Of a stretch of DNA of 64,000 nt, positions 27,601 to 41,450 are shown in pieces. A program made the position numbers and the translations under genes. Every line of letters starts with the position of its first letter. Position 1 is the stretch's first letter. A model generated the notes under the pieces. That model saw only the letters and a list, made by a program, of their open reading frames with translations, ran no database searches and was not told the origin of the DNA. Source of the DNA: Haliotis cracherodii (lineage: Eukaryota); contig NW_027266330.1 of NCBI RefSeq assembly GCF_022045235.1, positions 45,942,001 through 46,006,000 on the forward strand. Direction: 5' to 3'.

Positions 27601-29808
27601 GTAACATACGATCATAGATAATTGAATGTGACTGCTGTAGCTGTGTGTAGAATCGCTGCGGTTGTCATATATCATGTGTTCAGTCTCCCGACTTAGTGTT
27701 AGAAGACATGGACTTTGATTACGACTCTGAAATAAAATTTACAAGGCGCATATGCGAGGGACGCGTTAGGATATACTGAACCATACACGACTTAGGCCAT
27801 ACATAGTTCAAATCTGATGTCATCTGTAGCAGGACATTCGGTGTATAAGTATTCAATATGAATAAGTTAAGACAGGGTTACCTAGGAACCTTGTACAAGA
27901 GCTTCAGGAGACCTCGCAACCATGGGCGCAAGAGACAGTCTGTAGATATATCTGCACGTTTACCATATGAAGCCAGATATATGTATGCATGTAAATGTTT
28001 AACTAACGGCCAGCCCTACTGCCGTGCCCTTGTCTTATTTCTGCTACTAGTGACCTGTGTACCGATACTCGAGTCATAAACAAAATCAATAACAATGGAG
28101 GCTATTTTTTATCATTAGCTCTATCATAGCCCAAACCACAAACAAGCAGGTCTATCGATCTGTCCCATCTGTCTTTGTTCCAGCTCCCGCATCTATGCTG
28201 TACCTAATTATTCTGTAGCTATAGGCCATACCTGAATTATCCCCGGTCCACAAAACGCTACGACTATCGTACTGCACTATACAGTTTGGTAATATTAGCA
28301 GGATGAGTCGTGGCGGGAGATATGGCATTTCTTCACTGGCTCCATTTTCTTAGCAAATGGAAAGCGAAACCGGTATTGGAAACAGACACGAGACTGATAT
28401 TTGTTGAAATGCCATTTGACGATGCACAACGAAGCACAAAATGTGGCTCTCGAGAAGACATACCACGACACGTACGAATGGCCTCAAATTATCTCATGCC
28501 TGTTAACCCTCCTTCCTAACTGTAATCAATTCCCATTCGTAATGACTCAAACGTTGGGGGTATCCGTGTATTTATATGATCTATTTATATGACTATGGTG
28601 GGTGAGTGCATACACTCGGACACAGTCGCTTGCCTTGGACTGTGCCTGGTAACGTCATCCTTGCCGATAACAGTGATAAGATTGATGGCTGGGACGTGGG
28701 TGTTGCAGGACGGGAATAGCCGATGGCTGATATACGGGCATTCCTTGGGAAATATATGATTGAACGACCATCAGCCGTGATCACGTTTGATAACACACAT
28801 TTGTATTAACCTGTATAAAACCGTTTTTCTGACAATAATCGTGCTCACATTGGGGTCATATTCTATTGTGTGTGTACAATGGAAGCCGATATTAGATCAA
28901 ACATATTATATTTAACGTTTATCTTTATTCTAATGGTAATTTTATTTACATTCTGTTTATTCAATCTTTTCTGTCCAAAAAGGTAAAATCACTGAACCCG
29001 CACTTAAAGTAAATAATTAGTAACTGGGATTTGGAAAATGTATTATTCGGGAGTTGACATTGAGGGAAATGCTGATATCTGCTTTATAGCAACTGTAACA
29101 CATAGGTAGGCCACAGAACCACTTCCTTGGCCGATTACAGTGAAGCCCGACAAGCGCAATCAATTAGTTACTACCCCGGACGTAGGCACACAGTGTTGAT
29201 TAATTACCAGTTGATAATGTGAAGCGATAGGCGATGACAAATAATACCGCGGCGCACTTCATATCAGTACTATTACTTATTCAGGAGAAATAACCAGGGA
29301 GGCCACCGTCCTCTGTCCGTGTAGAAGTGAGCCTCGAGCACTTAGCTTAAGCACTTCACTAAACATTGCATTCCCTACGGTGGTTGGCCGGGAATATAAC
29401 TGCATCTTCCCAGTTGAAAAGTGTTGTAAAGTACGCGTCGTAATCTCATTACCCAGGGGTGTAATTATCCCATAAGTACTCACTTTGTACATGTGCCTTT
29501 AATGTATCAGTGGCTAGGCTGACCCTAATGCTGCAACTGCTTCCGCGCAGATAGCGCCTAACGGGTCACAGTGACCTTTAGACATTGATAATGGAAGCTC
29601 GTCGTCAGATCTCTCAGTTACTTACATGACAGAAGGGTATAAACTCATGTAACTAAATCATCCGTTTGAACATTGAAAGCCGATGTCTAGAGGGCCGTGG
29701 TCACTTCAAGTGTACATGTTCACGTGTTTCGCTATATTCCCCTTGTGTCCAACCTGAACTGCATGTGTGCTCCAAATTCTCAAGTGGATCTTGGCTTCCC
29801 CGAGAAGT

Positions 29809-30084
29809 GTGAGTGAGTGAGTGAGTTGGGTTTAACGCCGCTTTAAACAGTATTCCAGTTATCTCAGCTTAATTTGGGAGGAAAGCCCGAAGTGATGCAG
29901 GTATCAGACGTTTACCACTTCGGTGAAACCCACGAGCACGGGTATGGTGCAGACAAACCTAGAAACATAATCTGGGCGAACCGGGATTCGAACCCACAAT
30001 CATAGGTTCCTGGCGTGCCCAAGGGACACAACTCTGCACAGCGAATCGCGGCGCCTTAGACGACTGAGCCACCCGTGCCCCCTC
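29809..30084 (-). mobile_element. tRNA-derived SINE family D (long A-B box spacer)
   Basis: Revcomp GGGTGGCTCAGTCGTCTAAGGCGCC ... GTGGGTTCGAATCCC ... CTGGAATACTGTTTAAAGCGGCGTTAAACCCAAC(TCAC)n. Related pieces at 10741-10806, 46322-46465, 47027-47066 and 50626-50759. Confidence 0.82.
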
Positions 30085-30460
30085 CCCTAGAAGTGAATCA
30101 TGGAGCTTCTTGCTGCTTAGCCTAACGCTTGTTACCCAACATATAAATTTTGATGGAAATATATATAACTCCATTTAAATTCAAAAGGAGCCCCAGTTCC
30201 AGCTTGTTTACCCTGACTTGCTGCCTTGACGGGCTTTCTGGGTTTGTCTCAACACGGTATGATATACTAGTACATAACATTGATGCAGTACTGGATTGTG
30301 GTTTACTTACAGTTAGTTTGTTGTAATTATAGGGTGCAGATGGTAGGAAATGAAAACCAATACCTGTACACCAGTATCACAGTATACGGACGTTAATGTC
30401 AAGCTGCTGGATGTGCTAGTCCAGTCGATTGTCACATGTGTGGTGGAGGCTGAGTTTTGT

Positions 30461-30662
30461 TTTTTATCACGGCACTCAGCAATATTCCAGCAGTCAATAA
30501 TTGAGTCTGGACCAGACAGTTAAGTGTTTGACATCATGACCATCGATCTACGCAATCGGGATATGATGACATGCATCAACCAAGTCAACGAGCCTGACCA
30601 CACGTTAGTTGCCTCTTACAACAAGCAAACATGGTTGCTGAAGACCTATTCTCACCCGGATT
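30461..30662 (-). mobile_element. Family A copy
   Basis: Revcomp matches the family A head, body and tail with internal deletions. Confidence 0.8.
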
Positions 30663-30965
30663 ATCCCGCCATACAATGAACACACTCACCCACACCATCA
30701 GTGTCACGTTACCAGCATATTTTAATAATCACTGGAAAAGGGAAGCGTCTTGTGTTATGTTAGAAAAATTATTCACTGAATCGTTTCATTATGTATAAAC
30801 TTGACATGTATCCTTGGTATACAGGCAACGGAATCAGTTATTCCCGTCTGTGTAAATGAAATAGATAATGGTTAACATAACGTTGTATGTATAATTCAGG
30901 CGAGGTGAAAGCAACCTTATGAGTGAGCCATTGGAAGATTTAACGTGACATCTGCCAGTACATCG

Positions 30966-31240
30966 GACCCGTGAAGACCCGTGGTAGAATAGGTCTTCAG
31001 CAAACCCTGCTGATCAGAAGAGGCGACTATGCTTGTCGTAAGAGGCGACTAACGTGATTGGGTGGTCAGGCTCGCTGACTTGGTTGATAGACGTCATCGT
31101 ATCTCACTTGCGTGGATCGATGCTCATGATATCAATCACTGGATTGTCTCGTCCAGATTGGATTATTTACAGACTGCCGTCATAAAGTTGGAATATTAGA
31201 GTACGGCGTTAAAGAGAAAAACAACAACCAAACAAACAAG
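30966..31240 (+). mobile_element. Family A copy, full length
   Basis: GACCCGTGAAGACCC...GCTTGTCGTAAGAGGCGACTAA...GGCGTTAAA followed by an (AAAC)n-like tail. Confidence 0.87.
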
Positions 31241-31899
31241 TATAAATCGGTCACATCATGGCCATCTTGCCGAGACACAGATATAACTGACTATAAAAGT
31301 CCATTGGAAATTTCAAGGCACATCGGCAGTATTTCGGTCATAGCGAGACTAGAATAACTTTATTATCACAGATTTATAATGAAAGCTAGTTTGAGATCAT
31401 TAAAACATATGACTATTACACTACAATTCATTATGAAAACGGGCTCAAGACCACATCACGATTTACACCCTCCCTTTGGTCGCTGTCGACTGTCGACAAG
31501 CTTAGTCATAGATTAAAACAAACAGCTACTGGTATTCTGCGCTTGTAACAGCGGTAGATATAATATACATTTAAAGACGTGGTCTTACATATTCTCTGAG
31601 GGGGACATCTAGTTTACGCTACTTCATCCCCTACACCCACAGCCACTAACAATATCAGTTATCAAAATGTACTCAACCAGTTCCTGAAATGATCGTTTAT
31701 AAAATTACAAAATACATTAAAAAATGTTTCACGAATGTTTCTGACAACGCAAAGGGCGCGCGCGTATGTGTGCGTGGGTGGAGGGAGGAGCCCAACGTGG
31801 CGCAGGATTTTATTATTGACCCGTCAGGTCGCAAGATGTTTTCATTTTAGACGAGTGTTGACATTTACAACCTTTTCACTGTCATAATAAATATATATA

Positions 31900-32023
31900 C
31901 TACTCAAAAGAAGTTAAAGAACACCCCCAATTGGAAGGCTGTGTGTTTCAATACACACCAGCCATGACAAATTTACTGTAGTCATGTGAGCAAATTGGGT
32001 GTTCTTTAACTTCTTTTGAGTAG
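31900..32023. mobile_element. 124-bp Tc1/mariner-type MITE
   Basis: Perfect 27-bp TIR CTACTCAAAAGAAGTTAAAGAACACCC, flanked by TA on both sides within a (TA)n context. Confidence 0.88.
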
Positions 32024-32071
32024 TATATATAACACGATGAAGCTCGCGAGAAAGAAATTCTGTTACATGTA

Positions 32072-32182
32072 TCGTAAACTACGCTTATAACGAACCGACA
32101 GATATAATGAACTATAACGAACCACGATCACCACCAACTAACATTAGTGGCCCCTTTATGATTGTATAACCGTAGTTTACTG
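32072..32182. mobile_element. Shorter decayed copy of the 14238 MITE
   Basis: GTAAACTACGCTTATAACGAAC at the left end and TATAACCGTAGTTTACTG at the right end, TA flanks, shared internal ATTAGTGG.CCCTTT. Confidence 0.78.
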
Positions 32183-32694
32183 TATATTGAAAATGGAACA
32201 GATTTAATCTCTGCATGACATTGATTAGAAAACTATTCAAATTACTTTCAAATCACGACAGAAAATTAATACGCGTTTAATTATTCATATGTGCTTAGCA
32301 CGCTGGAAGATAGGGAGGCCAACAAGACACCCAGGTCGTTAAGCAGCCACTGGAAGCATCACTGTTGCATCACCATCTGTACCATGCATGAGCGGTTGTT
32401 GACGTAAGTTCCTCAAATTAACCACAGAATGAAAGGTTATAAACATGAAGATACCACAATACGCTAGTTCCAGGAAGGCGAAGAGCGGCGGATTTTACAC
32501 AGTCGACTGCTTGTCCGTGTTCGATCGATGCTGCCATACCTGCATGGAAGCGCGTGTTCGGGGGCAAGATGGTACGAGTGCAAATGCAGTGATGATATCA
32601 TTAACCAGTGACGTCACGTTAGCATAATGTGCATGCTGTGAGATGGGAAAACAATCAATATATCGGTCAACGTAATGGTGTAAACGCATGCATC

Positions 32695-35435
32695 ACAATG
32701 CTACAAGTAGAACACGTCCGGCAATACCACAGGTAGAACACGTCGGCCAATAATACTACAGGTAGAACACACTGGGCAATACGACAGGTAGAACACGTCG
32801 GGCAATACTACAGATAGAACACGTCGGACAATGCTACAAGTAGAACACATTGAACAATACTACAAGTAGAACACTTTGGGCAATACTACAGATAGAACAC
32901 GTCGGACAATGCTACAGGTAGAACACGTTGGGCAATACCACAGGTAGAACACATTGGGCAATACTACAGTAAGAAGACTCGGGCAATGCTAAACTCAGGT
33001 AGAACACATTGGGCAATACTACAGTTAGAACACGTCGGGCAATGCTACAGGTAGAACACGTCGAGAAATGCTATAATTAGAACAAGTTGGACAATGCTAC
33101 AGGTAGAACAAATTGGGCAATACTACAGATATAACACATCGGGCAATACCACAGGTAGAACACGTCGGGCAATGCTACAGGTAGAACACGTCGAGAAATG
33201 CTATAATTAGAACACGTTGAACAATACTACAGGAAGATCACGTCGGGCAATACTACAGGAAGAACACATTGGGCAATGCTAAACTCAGGTAGAACACATT
33301 GGGCAATACTACAGTTAGAACACGTCGGGCAATGCTACAGGTAGAACACGTCGAGAAATGCTATAATTAGAACAAGTTGGACAATACTATAGGAAGAACA
33401 CGTCGGGCAATGCTACAAGTAGAAAACTTTGAGCAATACTACAGATAGAACACGTCGGACAATGCTACAGGTAGAACACGTTGGGCAATACCACAGGTAG
33501 AACACTTTGGGCAATACTACAGATAGAACACGTCGGGCAATTCTATAAGTAGACCACGTTGGGCAATACTACAGGAAGAACACGTTGGGCAATGCTACAG
33601 GGAGAACAAGTTGGGCAATACTACAGATAGAACACGTCGGGCAATACTACAGATAAAACACGCCGGGCAATTCTATAAGTAGAACACGTAGGGCAATGCT
33701 ACAGGGAGAACACGTCAGGCAATACTACAGATAGAACAAGTAGGGCAATGCTACAGGGAGAACACGTTGGGAAATTCTATAAGTAGAATACATAGGGCAA
33801 TACTACAGGTAGAACACGTGGTGCAATTCTACAGGTAGAACACGTGGTACAATACTACAGGTAGAACACGTTGGGCAATGCTACTGGTTGAACACGTCGG
33901 GTAATGATACAGACAGGACACGTCGGGTAATACTACAGCTAGAACACGTCGGGCAATACTATAGACAGAACACGTCGGGCAATACTAAAGGTAGAACACG
34001 TCGGACAATGCTACAGACAGGACACGTCGGAAATGCTACAGACACAACACGTTGGGCAAGACCACAGGTAGAACACGTTGGGCAATACTACAGATAGAAC
34101 ACATCGGACAATGCTACAGGTAGAACACGTCGGGCAATACTACAGAAAGAACACGTTGGGCAATACTACAGGAAGATCACGTCGGGCAATACTACAGGAA
34201 GAACACGTCGGGCAATACTTCAGGAAGGACACGTCGGGCAATACTACAGGAAGAACACGTCGGACAATGCTACAGCTAGAAGACGTCGGACAATGCTACA
34301 GACAGGACACGTCGGGCAATACCACAGGTAGAACACGTTGGGCAATACAACAGATAGAACACTTTGGGCAATACTACAGGAAGAACACACTGGGCAATGC
34401 TACAGGGAGAACACACTGGGCAATGCTACAGATAGAACACGTCGGACAATGCTACAGACAGGACACGTCGGACAATGCTACAGACAGGACACGTCGGACA
34501 ATGCTACAGCTAGAACACGTCGGACAATGCTACAGACAGGACACGTTGGGCAATACCACAGGTAGAACACGTTGGGCAATACTACAGATAGAACACGTCG
34601 GGCAATGCTCCAAGTAGAACACTTTGGGCAATACTACAGGAAGAACACACTGGGCAATACTACAGGAAGATCACGTCGGGCAATACTACAGGAAGAACAC
34701 GTCGGGCAATACTTCAGGAAGGACACGTCGGGCAATACTACAGGAAGAACACGTCGGACAATGCTACAGCTAGAAGACGTCGGACAATGCTACAGACAGG
34801 ACACGTCGGGCAATACCACAGGTAGAACACGTTGGGCAATACAACAGATAGAACACTTTGGGCAATACTACAGGAAGAACACACTGGGCAATGCTACAGG
34901 GAGAACACACTGGGCAATGCTACAGATAGAACACGTCGGACAATGCTACAGACAGGACACGTCGGACAATGCTACAGACAGGACACGTCGGACAATGCTA
35001 CAGCTAGAACACGTCGGACAATGCTACAGACAGGACACGTTGGGCAATACCACAGGTAGAACACGTTGGGCAATACTACAGATAGAACACGTCGGGCAAT
35101 GCTCCAAGTAGAACACTTTGGGCAATACTACAGGAAGAACACACTGGGCAATGCTAAACTCAAGTAGAACACGTTGGGCAATACCACAGGTAGAACGCGT
35201 TGGGCAATACTACAGTTAGAACACGCCGGGCAATGCTACAGGTAGAACACGTCGGGAAATGCTATAAGTAGAACACGTTGGGCAATACCACAGGTAGAAC
35301 GCGTTGGGCAATACTACAGCTAGAACACGTTGGACAATACGACAGGTAGAACACGTCGGGCAATACTACAGCTAGAACACGTCGGGCAATGCTACAAGTA
35401 GAACACGTTGGGCAATACTACATGTGGAACACGTC
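32695..35435. repeat. 26-bp minisatellite (GTAGAACACGTCGGGCAATACTACAG) with a 494-bp (19-mer) duplication
   Basis: Near-identical ORF translations offset by 494 bp (34078/34572, 34338/34832). Confidence 0.96.
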
Positions 35436-35614
35436 AGCTTGTGTAATCTGACCTGGATCCGGCAAACAAATGATCGATGAAGTGAACATCGATGCACGAC
35501 ATACGATGACATACTGAAAAAGCCAAGTCAAAAACAAGGGTCATTGCCAGTGAGGACAGACCTTATCACACGTCTTCTGACGACCAACACCTTACTCTGA
35601 TGACAATAATGCTA

Positions 35615-35852
35615 CGCTTAAGAAAATCATGTTACACTTAAGACAATCATGCTACACTTAAGACAATCATGCTACACTTAAGACAATCATGTTACACTTA
35701 AGACAATCATGTTACATTTAAGACAATCATGCTACACTTAAGACAATCATGTTACATTTAAGACAATCATGCTACACTTAAGACAATCATGCTACACTTA
35801 AGACAATCATGTTACATTTAAGACAATCATGCTACACTTAAGACAATCATGT
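35615..35852. repeat. 20-bp minisatellite (TAAGACAATCATGYTACAYT)
   Basis: About 12 units. Confidence 0.96.
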
Positions 35853-36534
35853 AAGTTAATTTGCAAGCACATGGTTCACTGATGACAAGCATTTTAGCCT
35901 GACGACAATTATTTAACTCAAAAGACATTTATGTTGGTCTAACGACATGCATACCACTCTGGAGACAATCATATCCGTATAACGACAAATGACAACCATG
36001 TCACTTTAAGGTGGCACGTGGTCCTGTGTACAGCGCACAGATCACAAATCGGTTTTGGTTAAGCAACGCTGGCCGTCGACAGTAGATGGATTCGGCAGCT
36101 TGACTCCTGAGAGTTTCTAGGGCTTCGGTCAAGCCACACACTGAAGCACATTTTGCACTTGTGGTGTCTCCCAAAGCAGGTGACTTTGTTCGAAATATGC
36201 ATATGTTCACCCAGCACTGAATAGGTACCCGGTCGAGTGAGATGGTAATGTGACTGTTAACCTTCTGACACCTTCCAGGCAGCAGGGAATTGAGAATCAG
36301 AGTGCACACTGATCCATTGAACGGAGTAATAATGTAGCGCTTTGAGCATGCTTTAGGGTATCGATCTGGCATTAAATTACATCACAAGGGAGAGAGTTTA
36401 CATTACATCAGTCTGACGACAATCAATATAATTCTAAAGACATTTTTTGTTCACTCTTATGACTCAAACTGTAACGGTTATACAATTCACACTTAAAAGA
36501 AGCATGCTACTGTAAAGATAGACCAGATAGCGTA

Positions 36535-37180
36535 AACGACAAATATGTTATTAAGGATGTTCATCTGGCGATAAACTTGTTATTAAGCATGTGGATCTTT
36601 CGACAGGCACGTTATTTAGCATGTGGATCTGGGGACAAGTATGTTATTAAGGATGTGGATCTGGTGACAAACATGTTATTTAGCATGTGGATCTGGTGAC
36701 AAACATGTTATTTAGCATGTGGATCTGGTGACAAGCATGTTATTGAGTATGTGGATCTGGTGACAAACATGATGTTAAGCATGTGGTTCTGGCGGCAGGC
36801 ATGTTTTTAAGCGTGTGGATCTTTCGACAGGCATGTTATTAAGCATGTAGATCTTTCGATGGGCATGCTATTAAACATGTGGATCTTGCGACAAGCATGT
36901 TATTAAACAGGTGGATCTGGCGACAAACATGTTATTAAGGATGTGGATCTTTCGACGAGCATGTTCTTAAGCATGTGGATCTGGTGACAAGCATGTTATT
37001 AAGCATGTTGATCTGGCGAACAGCATGTTATTGAGGATGTGGACCTGGCGACCAGCATGTTATTAAGCATGTGGATCTGGCGATAAGCATGTTATTATGG
37101 ATGTGAATCTGGCTATAAGCATGTTATTAAGCATGTGGATCTTGTGACAAGCATGTTATTAAGCTTGTGGATCGGCAGGC
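36535..37180. repeat. 32-bp minisatellite (TGTGGATCTGGTGACAAGCATGTTATTAAGCA)
   Basis: Period 32 (36621, 36653). Confidence 0.94.
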
Positions 37181-38115
37181 ATGTAAGTCAAAGACAGACA
37201 TGCATGTTACTCAAGAATCAAGCACAACGCTTAAACCAGCATGCTACTCAAACGTAGGACCAGTCTGTTGTACGGTACGTAGCAGAATCAACATGTGGAG
37301 ATAGAGGCCTTACTCCGAAACCTGCAAAGAACTGTGTGTGGACAACGTGTATGTTATGTATGTATGTCGACACGGGACTTGATGTGCGATCATTAAACAT
37401 GCAGTGATTTGAGACTGCTTCAACCAGGTCGATCATGCAGTGAGAAGTGAACCAACACGAGAACGGTTACTGTAGCAACACGGTGAAGGCGTAGTCATGT
37501 TCCCTTGGGAAACACAAGTCTCATTTAACGACTAGTCGTCTAAGACCTGTGATAGCCACCTGCCACTGTGGAAGTAAATCATACAATGGTTCGCTAATAT
37601 GTCATCTGATTACTCGGGGAGGGAACCAGTCTATACCAGTGTTCAGCAAAGGCACGTTACTCGATCATAGCTGTCACAATGACACCCACCATATGTTCCC
37701 ACGTGCAAGGTCAATCCTGCAGTTAACTTGGCCCGTTAACGCGAAGTCCCATCGACACGTATACGAATCATCGCTATTTCTCCACAAGTCAACGCATCCG
37801 TTCAGAATTCTATCGATGTCGTTTTTACGATCGTAAAATGTATTCAAATAATGTCTATTACACCAGTGTCATCTTAATGTCGAATCACATATTCGACCTG
37901 ATTTTGCTTCGAGGTTTGCCAGTACCACACATCCCACATAAAGGTAACACGACGTAATAAAACTAAAATAAATGTTAAAACAGCGTTAAACCGAAATTCA
38001 CTCACTAATTCAATGATAAGTCATCGATCGTCATTACGAAACATTGCCATATTTTACCGTCCAATAGCACACGGAGTCCTCTACACATCCGTGCTATATA
38101 TAGTGAACTCGAGGG

Positions 38116-38395
38116 GAGGTGAAGTGGGATTAACGTCGCATTATATATTATTGCACTTATATAGCGTCGCGCGCATGCGTGCGTGCGTGCGTGCGTTTGT
38201 GTGTGTGTTTCTCCTAGTCCGGACTAATGCTAGCCCACTGGGATACACTCCGCATGGATACCAACTCACACACAGTATACTGGCTCCGAGACGACTATAC
38301 CCTAATGTCGAGCGCCAGGCAGGGTAACAGCTCGTGACGCGTTTTAACGTTTATTGGTATTGACGCGGCCAGGGATCGAACCATCGACCTTCCGC
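38116..38395 (-). mobile_element. Older, 5'-truncated SINE family C copy
   Basis: Colinear with 60681-61024: TTAACGTCGC..ATTATTGCACTTATAT, microsatellite, CACAGTATAC, GAGCGCCAG.CAGGGTAACA, TGACGCGGCC.GG.ATCGAACC. Confidence 0.82.
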
Positions 38396-39079
38396 CATTT
38401 TTGATCATGTGCAACTACCTTTGTTAAAAAAATGTAAATACCACATGGCTAAAAAAAGGGCACATCTTTAATTAATGCTGGCTTAGGGTCACGGATTATA
38501 TAGCAGCATGCTATTTACGCCGAATTATTAGGTGCCTATACAGTGACCCTTCACATCTTGTATACACGTCTTATGTCTTGTTCAAATTTCACTGAATTCA
38601 CTGACACCATACATCAATAGTGTCATATACGTTTGTATAACAGAATAGATAGAGGATTACTTCATTTTTTATCAAGGGGTTAATCCATTGTATTCTCCAC
38701 AATGGTTACTGTGTGAAGCCCATTGTACGTGACCCTGTCGTGACATGGTGCACGTGTCTTCACGTGTCCTCACGTGTCCTCACGTGTGAAATGTCTGTAT
38801 TAGGGCATGTAGCCTTTAATTAAGAGCATACAGGGAAACCATGTCATATTCTGATGTATCATCATTTATCATATATTTACATATATTTACTTCATACATA
38901 AACCTGACATATGACATGTAACATTGGTATTGGGACACTTCAAGGGTTGTATCGTCAATCCGTTTGTACCACATCTCTAAACAATATACAGTACAAGGCT
39001 ATTGCCTTATTTGGTGTAATTTACTAGAACGCACGATATTATGTGAGGCATAATGTGTCAGAAGTGCGGCAAAGTATAA

Positions 39080-39241
39080 GTGAGTGAGTGAGGTTTTACA
39101 CCGCTTTTAGCAGTATTCCAGCAATATCATGGCGGGGGACACCGGAAAATGGGCTTCACACATTGAACCCATGTGGGGAATCGATCCCGGGTCTTCGGCG
39201 TGACGAGCCAACGCTTCAACCATCAGGCTACCCCACCGCCC
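39080..39241 (-). mobile_element. tRNA-derived SINE family B, full length with TSD
   Basis: Revcomp GGGCGGTGGGGTAGCCTGATGG (A box) ... GGATCGATTCC (B box) ... GCTGGAATACTGCTAAAAGCGGTGTAAAAC(CTCA)n. 13-bp TSD CGGCAAAGTATAA at 39067-39079 and 39242-39254. Confidence 0.92.
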
Positions 39242-40049
39242 CGGCAAAGTATAACGGACGATATGGTTCTTCTATATGCATGTATAAATGACATCACTGA
39301 ATGAAACACATGGGTTCTACTGCTTACTCACACTTACTCAGAGCGGTATGCCATTACTATGAATCAGCCACGAGAGTGCCACCGAGAGGATTCATGCTAC
39401 ACGTGTTTGGCGATGTAAGCTCATTTAAAATCGGGTACTCTCCTGGATTCTCGTCATCCCACGCGCACCGACACAGGGTCAAGAGTGGCGTTTGTCTTCC
39501 GATCCAATGAATATATGAATACCGACTACGGCTGGTGTAATTGGCCACCAATTCCCAAGGTTGAGTGTGAGGAATATTGATCGTTGTGAGGGAATAATAT
39601 GACATGATTTGACCAGCCAGCAATATTCGCATAGACAATCTACACGAGTTCCACTGTTTGGTTGGACCCTGCATGAAGAGAATGATGCCATTACACGGCA
39701 CAATTAGTATTTAAATGCTCCAACTGTTGTCGTTGTGGTAATTCCATTAGTTGGATGCTTGCTGAAGCAGCCTCCCTGAGGGGTCATGTGTCATATCAAC
39801 ATGACAGATGGAAATGTAGTCAATAACAGTCGCATGCTAATGGTAACTCAAAGCCAACCCATTTATACGTGGCTTGTACAGTATAAAGTGCAGGAATATA
39901 GCGTCTCCGAGCTACTTGTATTTCCAACGACATTCGAGTGATTCCATGCATGGGTCATGTTTGTATAAATACATATTTACAAGGTGGAATACAACAAAGA
40001 ATTTTCTACATTTCTTGGAGGGATATACAACGATGAATGCGCATGGGAG

Positions 40050-41450
40050 GAATATACAAGGGAAATATATGTGGAGAGTGTCAGACATACAAGAAGGGGG
40101 GAAATATATGCGGGAAACAATCAGACATACTAAGAAGAGGGAAATATATGTGGGAGAGCGCGAGACATAATAGAAAGAGGGAAATATATTTGGGAGATTG
40201 TCAGACATTCTAGGAAGAGTGAAATATAGGACATACTGTCCGACATACTGGAAAGGGGAAATTTCTGAGGAGAGGTTCACATATGCTGGAAAGGGGGAAA
40301 TATATAGGAGAGGGTCAGACATTCTGGAGATGGGGAAACATCTGAGGAGAATGGCAGACATACTGGTGGAAATAGGGAAATATATGCAAGAGAGTGTCAG
40401 ATATACTAGAAAGGGGGAAATATCTGAGGAGAGTGTCAGTCATACTGGAAAGAAGGAAATATATGTGGAAGATTTCAGACATACTAGGAAGAAGGAAATA
40501 TATGTGGGAAATTGTCAGACATACTAGGAACAGTGAACTATAGGAGCGAGTTTGTCAGACATATTGGAAAGGGGAAATATCTGAAGAGAGGTTCAGATAT
40601 ACTGGAAAGGGGGAAATATATGGAGAAGAGTGTCAGACATACGAGAAAGGGGGAAATATATGTTGGAGAGGGACATACATTCTGGAAAGGGGGAAATATC
40701 TGAGAAGAATGGCAGACATACTGGTGGAAATAGGGAAATATATGTAAGAGAGTGTCAGATATACTAGAAATGGGGAAATATCTGAGGAGAGTCTCAGTCA
40801 TACTGTGTAGGGGAAATAGCAGAGGAGAGCGCGAGACATACTAGAAAGAGGGAAATATATGTGGAAGATTTCAGACATACTAGGAAGAAGGAAATATAGG
40901 AGCGAGTTTGTCAGACATATTGGAAAGGGGAAATATCTGAAGAGAGGTTCAGATATACTGGAAAGGGGGAAATATATGGAGGAGAGTGTCAGACATACGA
41001 GAAAGGGGGAAATATATGTTGGAGAGGGACAGACATTCTGGAAAGGGGGAAATATCTGAGAAGAATGGCAGACATACTGGTGGAAAGGGGGAAATATATG
41101 TAAGAGAGTGTCAGATATACTAAAAATGGGGAATATCAGACATTCTGGAAAGGGGATATATCTGAGGAGAGGGTCAGACATACTGGAAAGGGGAAATATC
41201 TGAGGAGAGGGTCAGACATTCTGGAAAGGGGATATATCTGAGGAGAGGGTCAGACATACTGTAAAGGGGAAATATCTGAGGAGAGGGTCAGACATACTGG
41301 ACAGGGGATATATCTGAGGAGAGGGTCAGACAAACTGGAAGGGGAAGTATCTGAGGACAGGGTCAGACATACTGGAAAGGGGAAATATCTGAGGAGAGGG
41401 TCAGACATTCTGGAAAGGGGAAATACAGGAGCAAGAATTGTCAGACACAC
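40050..41450. repeat. 38-41-bp purine-rich minisatellite (TCAGACATACTGGAAAGGGGAAATATCTGAGGAGAGGG) with a ~356-bp higher-order repeat
   Basis: TAGGAGCGAGTTTGTCAGAC at 40541 and 40897, homogeneous 38-mers at 41150-41420. Confidence 0.93.
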
